Positions 36,991-47,863 of a DNA stretch of 64,000 bases are shown piece after piece (position 1 is the first letter of the stretch; every line of letters begins with the position of its first letter). The notes beneath the pieces are model-generated. The model was not told the DNA's origin and made no database searches. It saw only the letters and a program-made list of their open reading frames with translations. A program made the position numbers and the translations under genes. This stretch comes from Phaeosaccion multiseriatum (taxonomy: Eukaryota; Protista; Ochrophyta, other classes): assembly GCA_965112735.1 (NCBI GenBank), contig OZ218954.1, positions 1,860,001-1,924,000 of the forward strand. Direction: 5' to 3'.

Positions 36991-37214
36991 GAAGGGGGAA
37001 GAAGGGCACCCTCTTTTTTCTCCACGTACAATACAATACTTCGCTATTGCAGTATCGATCGAATAGATGGAACCATGTGAACGTTTAGTACGATTGTGGG
37101 TATCGAGTATCGATGCCTCGGCGGGTTCCGACTCACAGGGCGAATCACCAACCCTGTAGCCGACCCCCATTTTTTTTATGCATCATTTGCCACGCAGGAG
37201 GTAGGAGCAGGTAG

Positions 37215-38261
37215 ATGGCCATGAAGTATGCGATAGTGTCGTTAGTGCTCACACTAACTTGCAGTAGGGCAGCAGAGATGACGGCGGGGAACCGCCTCGA
37301 GGAGGGAGGCGCCTGTTTGAGCTCTCCAAATGGGCGAGTACATATGTGCCTCATCAAAGGGGGGCAGCTTCAAATTCATGAAGGGAAGGACAGCATATAT
37401 GATGGATCGAAGGTCAAGAAGGAGGATGTGCGATGGCAGAGCGACAAGGTGAAGGGCAAGAACACCTATGCAGGCATCAAGGACGGTGCCCTCTGTGTAC
37501 TTGAACAAGGTACGAGGCGAGTGCTCAACGTCCTCCCCCCCCCCCTTCATTAGATGGGTTGCTTTCAGCCTTCTCTGGTACGCATATTTATTTATTTTCG
37601 CTTGTCCTTGCCTTCCTTTGTGACTAAATGGCAGGGGGGGAGGAGGAAGCCCTGTGGAGCACGCCAGTTGCGGGCAGCGGTGCTGTCTTTGTAAGCGTTG
37701 ATGACGCGGGATCGGTCTCTCTCGTTAGCAATGGCTGGATGACCAAGGAGGTATTGTGGACATCATCAACGCCGGCAGAAGGAGAATCGTGTGCCAATGT
37801 AGCACCTCTGACAAAAGCAGTCACGGATGCGGCCACAGGTAAGAAACAGGGAGCTGGGGCGCCAACGCTGTTAAGCAGATCGGGCCAGACTCCGACAACG
37901 GTCAACCCATACTTTCCTCCGGCTCTAGTCTCTGTTTTCTTCTACCACTTGCTCTGACACGGACGTACGCACGCACAAATGCGCACTCCAACGAACAACT
38001 CAGGCATAACGATGGAGAGGACACGCAGTTTCGGGAACAGGCCTGATGAGCTCATCTGTTTGGGCATCGGGGTGAGGGCAAAGAACTTGGGCATCATGAA
38101 CGTCAATGTGTATAGTGTAGCCCTATACGTGGAGCCCGCCGCTGCCAAGGAAGACTTGGTGGCGTTCAAGGGAGCTTCGTCCGCGGAGCTAGCAGCCAAT
38201 AACAAGTTCTACACTGCACTCCTTGTAGGCGACTATCGCAAGTAAGTCTGGCATGAAGTCA

Positions 38262-38292
<31 letters not shown>

Positions 38293-39098
38293 TTGATGAT
38301 GTGGTAGGCATCTGCTTTGATATAGCAACACAGGTCGGTCAACACTTCCTCAAAGTGCAGGGCTCCCATCTGCGTGCGTTACAGAAGGGACGGGCGTCCG
38401 TCAGCCCTGGTCAGAGAGAAATGCCCGTGGCTGGAGTAGAGACAAGAGAGGACTGCTCTTCCCTGTTTTATCCAACCGACACTGTATCCTCACAGCTTGG
38501 TCCCTTCCTCTCCCTTCATCCTCCCGCAGGTGGGTGCACATGGTCTTCGCGAGGGGTGTGGGTGCGGAGAAAGTGGTGGATGCCCTGACGGCTGTTGAGG
38601 GGGTGAGCCCAGATGTGTTGGACGAGTTCTCCAAGCTGCTGTTGGGGGCCATGGGAGGGAAGCTTAACCAAGGTAAGGAGGAGGAGGAGGAGGAGCTGAG
38701 CTGAGCTTTAATTCACGTGGACCTTTGAACGGGGCAGCGTTGAAGCCTATCCACGCCACCGACCCAGGAGGCTGAGAGTGCCTCCTTCATTCCTCTCCTC
38801 GCTCGACTTGAGTGCTCTTTACCTCCTCCTGCCGCGGCTGCCTCCGTTGTAAGAACTAGACAGTTACCTCAAGCCCCCCCCCCCCCTGCGTGTCCCCTCT
38901 TTGCCCACAGGTGACTCCATCTCTCTTGGCTGGGAGAAGTCCCTCCTCATGGTGATGGTCCGGGGGGAGGTGGTGGGACAAGTGATCGACCCCATTCTGC
39001 CCGGAGCCGTGTTCAACCTCTATCTGGGCCAAGAGCCTGTCTCGCGTGTCGCCAAGGCGGCCTTTGCCGACGCCGTGCCAGCCTTACTCCAAGGCTGA
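37215..39098 (+). CDS. Secreted protein: bulb-type (GNA) lectin-like domain fused to a chalcone isomerase-fold domain, 5 exons
   Basis: Signal peptide; LSSPNG...GQLQI...VRWQS...DGALCV...ALWST...DDAGSVSL...VLWTS (B-lectin-like). An in-phase intron (37839-38003) joins this to TDAATGITM...LGIGVRAKNLGIMNVNVYSVALYV...AVFNLYLGQEPVS (CHI fold). Confidence 0.72.
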
Positions 39099-39207
39099 GA
39101 GGTTGGACGAAAGAGCAAGGGAGGGGCCAGGTGGTACTCTTTCGTCACCTTGCTGAGAGGTTGGACGAAAGAGCAGGGGGGAAGGGAAGGTGGTACTCTC
39201 TCGTCAC
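39096..39207. repeat. Imperfect 58-bp tandem duplication overlapping the stop codon of the CHI-fold gene
   Basis: CTGAGAGGTTGGACGAAAGAGCA...GGTGGTACTCT[T/C]TCGTCAC occurs twice. Confidence 0.85.
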
Positions 39208-39617
39208 AGGAAAGGCGGACACACAAAGAGTGAAGTCAAGAGTGGTCGGGTTGCCACTTGTTCACGCGAGTAGGGATGCAGTCGGCCGGGCTTCAGTGTA
39301 AGTTCCGTGAGCCTCCCTCAAGGTCTGTAAGTGTAAGGCTCACCACCGCTGCTCCGTCAAGCATGTTTTGCCTCATCCACCACAACAGTGCAGCCGGTGC
39401 GCACAAGGGAAAGGGTCATTTATTTACATATATATATTTAGGGTTAGTAAGGGCGGGAATAAGTAAATAAGAGGGAAAAAGACTATGATGATGAATTGAA
39501 GTGGATGACTCAACACCCATACGACTCCAATGACGTTTTGACTCTTGACTCCTCCCGCAGCAGCAGCAGTCGCCCAGCCCCCCGCTCATCGAGAGCGCCT
39601 CTACGACGCATCGCTCT

Positions 39618-41902
39618 CTAACTCCTCTTCTTATTCTTCTTCTTATTCTTATCCTGCTTCTTCAATGCGTCCTTGAGAGTATCGGTGAGGGCAGTAGACG
39701 AGGGCTTGCGCAGGATTTGGAGAAACTTTGCAATTTGGCTGGAGAGCAGCGAGACGAGAAGAGGGGCAACAGGGGGGTGGGGTGGGGGTGGAGGGGGAGG
39801 TCAAGACGTCGCGCTAGCGGAGAGGGGAGGGGGGAAGCAGACGAGGGGTTGACGTGCAAACCCACTCGGGGGCCAAGGTACCTCATCGCCACCATAGACA
39901 TGTGCAAAGAAAGCGCGACGATGGGTGAGGCGGATCCATCCACCCCCGTAACCCACCCGTCCATGATGGCGATGATGGTAATCAACCTTCTCATCCGTAC
40001 TATCAACTCACACACACCTACCTATCAATAATGTAGACGACCTTCTCTCCGCCGCCCAAGACAGGCGTCTGATACGCCTGCATCCACAGGAGCTCGGGGT
40101 CACTCAACACGGGGAATTTGAGCTTCAGTTTCTTGGCCAGCTTCCGGTTTTGCGCGGGAGTATCGGCCGTTACGGCGATAACGTCTGCCAACTGCCGCGG
40201 AAAGTTCTTGGCCAGTCCCGACAGAGCGGCGCGCAGGTCTGCGCTGTCCTTGCGCGGGTCAGCAATCACAATGGCGACCTTGCCTGGAGGAGGGGAGAGG
40301 AGAGGAAGGCATGGGAGGGGAGGGAATGTGGGGCGCTCAAAGGAGGGGGTCCGTGCGTGCTAGCAGCAGTAGCAACAACAGCAGCGGCAGAACCACCACC
40401 ACCACCACCATCAGCAGCAACAGCAGCGTTTGGTTCGCTGTTTCTCACCGCCCGTCACGAAGGCCGAGAAGTTGGACACATTTCCATCCTTGTCCTTGAG
40501 CAGGCGCCACGCGTCCAGAGGGGCAAACTCTGTCTGCGCGATGGTGTCCGCCGCCTGTGGATACCGCGGACAGTGAAAAAAGGGCACAAGAGCACACGTC
40601 AACCAATGCGGTGAGGATGATGCGTCCTGCCAAGGGGGGCGCTTTACTTCTGAAATGCGTCACTGCGCATTCTTTTCAGCCCGTCCTTGGGCCTTTCGGC
40701 GTTAATTACACTTACAGGGCGGCGAGCTTGAGGTGCTGTAAATGCTGCTGGGGCTGCTGTGTCCAACGTCCCCTGCCCTTGGCTCTCGCCGCTGTCCGTC
40801 CTGCGTTCTGTCTCCCTCGCTGCTGTGAAAGGGGAGGAGGGTGTAGACTGTTGTTGTTTCTTCAGCTTCGCCGCCTCCACCTTGTAGTCCTCCTTGAGCA
40901 ACCTCTCAGACTCCTGCACCAGCAACTTCCACTCCGTGCTTTTGGTGGTCAAGGGCTTGCTTGGCACGTCGCCGCTGCCAAATTCGTCCTCATCCTCGTC
41001 GTCGTACTCGCTGATGCCCCTCTTCCTTGCCTCATCGAACTCACTCCTCCTCCTTGCCGTGATGCTGGCGCTACTCTCCCCAACTGTACCGTAATCGTCC
41101 ATCATCTCGTCGAAGTCAGCGTACATGTCGCCATAATCAAACTCGTCATCCGCACCCCTTGCAAACTTCGCCTCTTGGCCGCCAAACCCTCTGAGCTTGG
41201 CCAAGTCAACTTCTCGAACTTCAGGGGGGGATGGTGCTGGGGTTGGCGCGGGTGCCGACCCAGCCGGAGCTGGCCCGACCGCATCCCACGACCACGATGG
41301 GTCAATCGCGATGGCAGGGTCGGGGAATGGCGGCACAACACGCCAGGGGCAAGCGAAGAGGCAGTACAGAAGAGTGAGTATGTTTGCCGCAACATGCAGT
41401 GCTGAATAACCTGGTTCCCGTACCGAAGATACCTCTCATTCCCCCATAGTAGGTGTCATTGGTGAGCTACCTCCCCCCCTTCCTCCCAACCTACCCTACC
41501 TGCTGCCCCTGTTCGCCAAGCTTTGTTCGGCAGCACCTCGTTGGACCCCTCAATCCCGCTCTCAATGCCAGCCGCTCTCCTCCTCTCCTCCTCCGCCTTG
41601 GCCATATCCCTCAACTCCTCCTTCCGTCGCTCGCTCTCCAGCTCCTTCAGCATCGCCTCCAACTGCTGCTGCCGCTTCAGCCCCATGTATAGCGGTGCCG
41701 AACCTCTCCTTCGGCGAGTGCCTCTCCCTGCTGCTGTTGCTGTGCTTGTGGCAACCCCATGGCTTAGCAAGCGGGAAGCTCCTGTCAAAGCCCTAGGGGA
41801 AGCCCCCCCTTCCATGACAGAGCTTGGCAGTGGTAAAGTGAAGGAGGACACCACGGTGAGGAAAACGACTCCTATAAACGCAGACCCCACCGCTGCAGAC
41901 AT
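39618..41902 (-). CDS. Probable plastid protein with an acidic N-terminal region and a C-terminal AhpC/TSA (PrxQ/BCP-like) domain lacking cysteines
   Basis: Bipartite presequence (…LTVVSS-FTLP…RRRR). LKDKDGNVSNFSAF, VIAVTADTPAQNRKLAKKLKLKFPVLSDP and VVYIID are PrxQ-like. The last exon ends KKNKKRS* at 39618. Confidence 0.72.
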
Positions 41903-42202
41903 TCTGCCAGGATGCCTAAGGGATCTTTAAACCTCTTAGAGGGGGTTTGAGGGGGATGAAAATATGAATGAGGTGGAGGATTGAAAGTAGTAAAGTAGGC
42001 GTGTTGGTAGTCACAGGATGCTCACAATTGCCGTGTTTTTTTCTTTTCTTTCTTCTTTCTTCTTTCCCTTCCCTTCTTTTGAGTAGTTCTACGGTATCGA
42101 TTGTTAAATTTGACGTCTGAGCCCTTTGTTCACATTCGCATCATCGCTGTGCATCGCTGTGCATCGGCCGTCCTCGCTGCTCTCTGCTCTCTCCTCTCCT
42201 CC

Positions 42203-45200
42203 TCACGCCTTCGAGTAGCCCGTGCTGCCGTAGCGCAGAGCCAAGAGCACCATGTCCTGCATGACTTTCTCAGACGTGTACGTGGGCAGATGAAGCCGTC
42301 GGTCGCACGTGGTGGCTTGGGGACACACATCGACAGAGCCTTCCAAAGCGGCAATGGCCCAGTTCTCCTCCTCGTCCTGCTCGGCAAACCCGAATGTGGG
42401 CGGCTTGCTCGAACCTTCGCGTTGGGCACATAGAAACAAATAAGGTAAGATGTGATGCGATGGGAGTGGAGCGTTGGGGGGGGTGGGGGGACGCAAAGAG
42501 AAGTGAGTGAGAAGAAACTTGACATGGCGGTGGGTGGAAACTTGGAAACTTCGACCTCGAGCGAAAAAGAGGCTCTCTCTCTCGTACGTACCGCTCCAGA
42601 ACAACAGCAAGTTCTGCTTGTCCTTCTCGTCTAGCTTCGCCACAAAGTCCCAGAAGGACTTGATCACGGGCATGGATTGGTGGAGGCCGTCCACGTACCA
42701 CACATTCTCTCGAAGCTCCTCCACATCAATCAGGAGAGGGCCCTCCACAGCCACTCGAAGGTCCTGAGGGGTCAGCACCTATCGTTGCAAGACAGTAACA
42801 TGTAAGAGTCTCGTGCACTGTCCAATACAAGACACACAAGCCCAGCGACTCTACCTCACCTGCAGAAGCTTCTCGCTGATCACGTCCTGAAGCCCCTGCG
42901 TCATGCTCACAAGCTCCCCATCCCCATCCCCGACGATGTGCCTGCGACAAGCCTTGTCCACAAACAGCTGTTTGTTCTCGTTAGTCACCGCCTTGGAGGC
43001 TCCCTGGTGTACAAGAGGGAAGCCCCTCCACTCCATGGTAAAGCCCATGTCCTTCCCATCAGAGCCAAGGTCCATATCCAGCACACTCTGCATGGAGCGG
43101 GCAAGCTCTTCGTCGCCCTCTGTGCACCGATGGAGTGGAGGGGAAGGGAGGGAGGGAGGGAGGGGGGCAAATTCCAAAGGTGATGGGGCCGTACGCACGG
43201 CAAAGGGTGAGTAGTTGTGGCAGCATGTCGCCCGCACAGCTCAGAGACGGGGCTGGGAACTGCCCCAACCCCGAGTGTGGAAGAAAGGAAGGATGAGAGA
43301 CGAGTACCACGGGCCGGCAGCACACACAGGAAGGATAGAGAGTTATTTCTAAGCGTAACTTTCACTACCACTCACCGCAGAACACTTCCCAAGAAGGCGC
43401 TTGCTTCATGAGGAGGCACCACACCGCCTCATGCAGCCGCACCCCCAAGGGCACCTCGTTGAGAAGGCAGAGCCCCATCAGGCGGCCCAGCACGCGGAAG
43501 ATTCGAATCCGCTCCTGCTTGTCCTCCTTCCCCACCGGCGATGCCCCAGCTGCCTCAGGGCCCGAGGCTGCGGCCGGAGCGGGAGAGGGGGCCAGCACCC
43601 CCGTCCGAGAGTTGACGACACGAAAGAAGGGCAAATGCTGCAGGAAGCGCGAAGGTGGGAGAGGCCTCTTTTTACCGCCCGCTGGTGTCTGCCCCGCTTC
43701 TCCCGCCGACCTCTGCGTTGGCCTCTCCTCTCCGTTGGCACCTGTCACCTCCTTGGGGCGGTCTCCCCCTCCGTCCATCGCCCAGCTGTCTGCTGTGAAG
43801 AGCAGCCTCGCATACTCCAGGAACTCGCGCATAGGGCCTTGGCCCTGCCCCGGCTCCAAAGAGAAGACCACCTGCACAAGGCAAGAGTGCAGCAACAAGA
43901 GGGAGAGGGAGGGTCCGTTGAAGACGCCCCGTTTCTTTTTCAGTGGTGGGTACGAGGCGGAGGAGGGCGAGATCAACCGCGTCTAATCGGTGGAATGACT
44001 GGAGAGTATGCACTTAGTTTCGTGATTGTAGTGTGGCTGCTGCCTCACGACCGGCATCTGCCCGACACACTCTTGAGCCTCCCTCCCTTCTTACATTAAT
44101 GTTGGCGCCCATGCGTTGTCCCATAAGCTGCTGACACATAAAGTCGAGCTGCTCCAGTGTGTCCATGGAGAAGCGGTTGACCTCCACATTCGTCACAAAG
44201 CCTCGACTTCTTTCGTCCACCACTGTTTGAATGTAGGAGATCTTCTCTCGGCAAAGGATCACGTTTGGGATGCGTAGGAGCGGCGCCAGGGACGACTGGA
44301 GGAGCTCTGGCTCAGCGATCAAGAAGGCCTGAGACGTGCGCGGAGGGGAGAGTTAGCAGCAGATGCGGGATCCAACGAAGAGCAACAGCCGAAGGAGATG
44401 CACAGCGGGAGAGTAAAAAAAGACACTGACGATGGTGGTAGTGACTGCTCCATGCTTGTCCTCCCCTCCCCCCCGCCCTCTCTTCCCTCACCTCGATCAC
44501 GTGTCTGTGCTCCAGTGCGAACTCCGCAAAGCCCTGTGGAATGGGTAGACTTGCGTCCCCGGAAAGCACCCCCACCAAGTTGGCTGGAGACTTCCCCTTC
44601 CTTCTACCTGCCGACCTGCCATGCGCCTGCCCCCTGCCCTGCTGATCCTGACCACGGCCAATGCCCATCTCCGGCACATGCTCCCGTGCAATGCGCAGGA
44701 TGCGCTGCTGCTGTGGTCCCTCTCGGACTTGTTCTTGGAGCATTTCAAGCAGCAGCCGAGCTCGCACGAGTAGCCCCAGCCGCATGGCGTCTTCCCCCAC
44801 CAGCTCCCCTTCCACCACACTCATCGCCATCTCCAGGCCGCTGTACAGCAGACCCTTGAGTTCGAGGGCGAACGTGTCCAGCCTCTGTGCCAAGACACCG
44901 CCTCGGTGCGCTCCTGGCACACACAACCGTAGAATCAGCTCCAGCAAGTTGTCGAACAAACGAAACTCTGCGTCAAGGTCGAGGCCTCCATCCTTGTTCT
45001 CCTGCTGGCCCACCAAGCCGAAGAGCAGCATGTGGCCCACCCTGCTCAGTGCACCCGTCACGCTAGTCCACGTGAATTGGCAAGACAAACAGTCACCTGG
45101 CCTGCCCCCTTGCCCCTGCCCCCGATTGTCCGACTTGGAGTCTACCTCGCTGCTCTCCGCCACCAGCTCATTGAGAATGAGCACCCAAGCGCGGACGACG

Positions 45201-47373
45201 TTCGGTCGCACGCCTGACTTTGTCACCATCTCCACCACGAACTTTACATGCTCGTCACTGAGGCCCCCGTGTTCTTGCCGGAAGCAGTCCTGGAAGAAAG
45301 TCTTGGCCTCTGCAAACTTGTTTTGAACGACTGCCCTGTGCAAGTCCGCGACATTCTCCAGAATAGCACACACATAGGAGGTTACAGCTTCCAAGCCCGG
45401 CCCCTTGGCGCCCTTCTTCCGTGCTGCCTCGCCCTCCGTGTCATTCTTGTTGTCCTCCTCCTCCTGCTCCCGCTCGGTTGTTGTGTATCGTTCCAACATG
45501 TCAGCCACCACGTGAGCAATCCCCAGACATCCCAAAACGCGGTGCCCCGCCAAAGGAGTCGCCAGCGAAGAGTCTCCCACGAACTTCACAACAGAGACGT
45601 GTGTGTGTGGAGGAGAGGTACGAGGGGAGTGAATAAGTCATTGAGGAAATGGGGGGAAACCACAGCATACGGAGGTCGCTCTGAGCGAGGCACGCTCCAC
45701 AAACTTACTCACTCCCTCACCCACTCGCTCACGCAACTCACTCGCCCACTCGCTCACCGACCACTCTCCCCCCTGCCACACACAAAACTCCACTCGCTCC
45801 CTGCCCTCCCTCCCTCATGCAATCACTCACTCCGTACTCACTCACCGTCCGCAGAAGCCCCTCCTTCCCCACCAGGTGCATGACGCACGCCCACGTGTCC
45901 GGTTCCTTACGCTGGTCCTTCTGACTTTGACTTGGCTGTGTTTGCTGCTGTTCTCTACCCCCCTCACCCTGCCAATGTGAGGCATTCCCTCCTCCATCTC
46001 CTCCTCCTCGTCGTCCTCGTCCTCCTCGTCCTCCTCCTCCTCCTCCTTGTCCTCGTCCCCCTCGTCCTCCGCCACCACCACCACCTCCTCCTCCTCCTCC
46101 TCCTCCTCCTCCTCCTCCTCCTCCTCCTCCTCCTCCTCCTCCTTCTCCTCCCCCTCCACCACCCCCTCCTCCTCTTCCTCCTCTTCCTCTTCCTCCTCCT
46201 CCTCCTCCTCCTCCTCCTCCTCCTCCTCCTCCTCCCCGCCCCCCTCTTCTTCTTCCTCCGCCTCCTCTTCCTCCGCCTCCTCCTCCTCCGCCCCCCGTCT
46301 TCAACTCATGCGTAGCATGATTGTGCCACGACTCCGCCAGTTGCAGGGCGCTAAGCCCCTCCGCAGTTTTAATGGCCAAGAGCTCCTGCGCGGACATGGA
46401 CGTTATCGTAGGCGACGTCGGCGGCGGTTCTTGTTCCATCACCGGCTGCCCATCCTCCTCCCTCTTCTGCTGTCCCAGCTGCTTCTGCTGCTCCTGCTGG
46501 TGGTACTCATCCGCTACCTCCAACAACCTATCGATGACCTTGATGTGGGAAGATCGCAATGCGGCGTGGATGGGGAGCTCCTGGTGTATACCGGAAGGCA
46601 TGTAGAGCAGGGGAAGAAGGGGGTGCGGGCCCATCAAGCCCCTATTGGCCATATCGAAATCTACAATGAGGTTCACCAGGCTCAGAGAAGTGTCCTCATC
46701 CCTCGCTTCGCATGCCGCGAAAAGCGCTGTGCGTGGTGTTGGGTCGCATTCCCAAGTCGGAACGAGCAGTTCGCGGGCATGCGGTTGCTCCAGGAGCCAT
46801 CGCACCACCCCGAAATTGCCCCTCCCACACGCAGCGAGGAGATGCGTGCTGGAAACATCCGTCTCCTCCTCGCGATTGAAGGTTTGCCGGCATGCCGCGG
46901 GGGGCAACACCTGCGGAAGGATCGAGAAGGGGCGCAAGAATAGCAAACAAACAATATAAATGAGCACAAGATAGACATGAGTGCCAGATAGTAATGCATA
47001 GTTTTACAATACCCCCACCCACCTGGCGTCTCTGAAGCAAGGCAATCCGTGTGCGAGGGTCGTCGATCGCCTCAAAGCTCGGCAGGAACAGCCTCAGGAT
47101 CTCCTCTTTACCATGGACACAGCAGGCATACAAAAGATCGGAGAGCTCTGATGCCCGGTGACTGGTGCACAGCTCCGAACGCACAGTCCCTCCCCCCTCT
47201 CGCACTTGAGCAGACGGGGCGGCAGCGCCAGCAGCAGGGACCGGAGTGTCCAGCAGAGATACAACAAGATTTTTGTTTCCTTCCTTCACCGCTGTAAGCA
47301 GCCTATCCCAGACAGTCTGCTCACGCGGAGGGCCTCCACCACTCCTGGACGGACCTCTCTTACTCCGCGTCAT
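42203..47373 (-). CDS. Ankyrin-repeat HECT E3 ubiquitin ligase (HACE1-like architecture), multi-exon
   Basis: Ankyrin-like units (LLAACGRGNFGVVRWLL, TALFAAC, LPIHAALRSSHIKVIDRLL). HECT motifs: FSLEPGQGQGPMREFL, FRVLGRLMGLCL, VTNENKQLFV, VIKSFWDFV...LLLFWSG and PQATTCDRRLHLPTY (catalytic Cys). Confidence 0.88.
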
Positions 47374-47450
47374 CTCACTTAAATGAAGGGTTGGGAAAGG
47401 CCCGGCCTGCGGCGGTCCGGGATTTTATTGACTTAGGCACCCAAGTGTTG

Positions 47451-47466
47451 GTGTGTGTGTGCGTGC

Positions 47467-47541
<75 letters not shown>
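47451..47541. repeat. (GT)n microsatellite in the divergent promoter between the HECT and ABCG genes
   Basis: Seen directly. Confidence 0.95.
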
Positions 47542-47543
<2 letters not shown>

Positions 47544-47863
47544 TGTACTTTTTTCTTCCCTTCTTCCCCTTTCTACTCTCCCGTCCTGGCGGAGGACGGA
47601 GCGATTTCCTGATTTCGACAACCCCGTCCGGTCAAGGGGTTTTGTTGTCATTGTTCGATTTTGTTTGGGGTTTGGGGTCAGTGCAACTAATAAACTGAAA
47701 CCTGGCCTACTTTTTCGCGCCTCAGCCCCAAACACATACCGTCATCATACCTGTTTCCTTCTATCCTCCTCCCTGTCTCCTTCTTGGAGAGCGAAGCACA
47801 GGTTACTTCTCTTTCGCTCTCATCACCGCGTGAGGCAGAGGTCTCAGGGAAGAGAAGGGCACG

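Noticed and set aside
37085-37155. tRNA-like sequence (GGTTCCGA...CCA)
   Set aside because: No cloverleaf, acceptor stem or A-box could be built.
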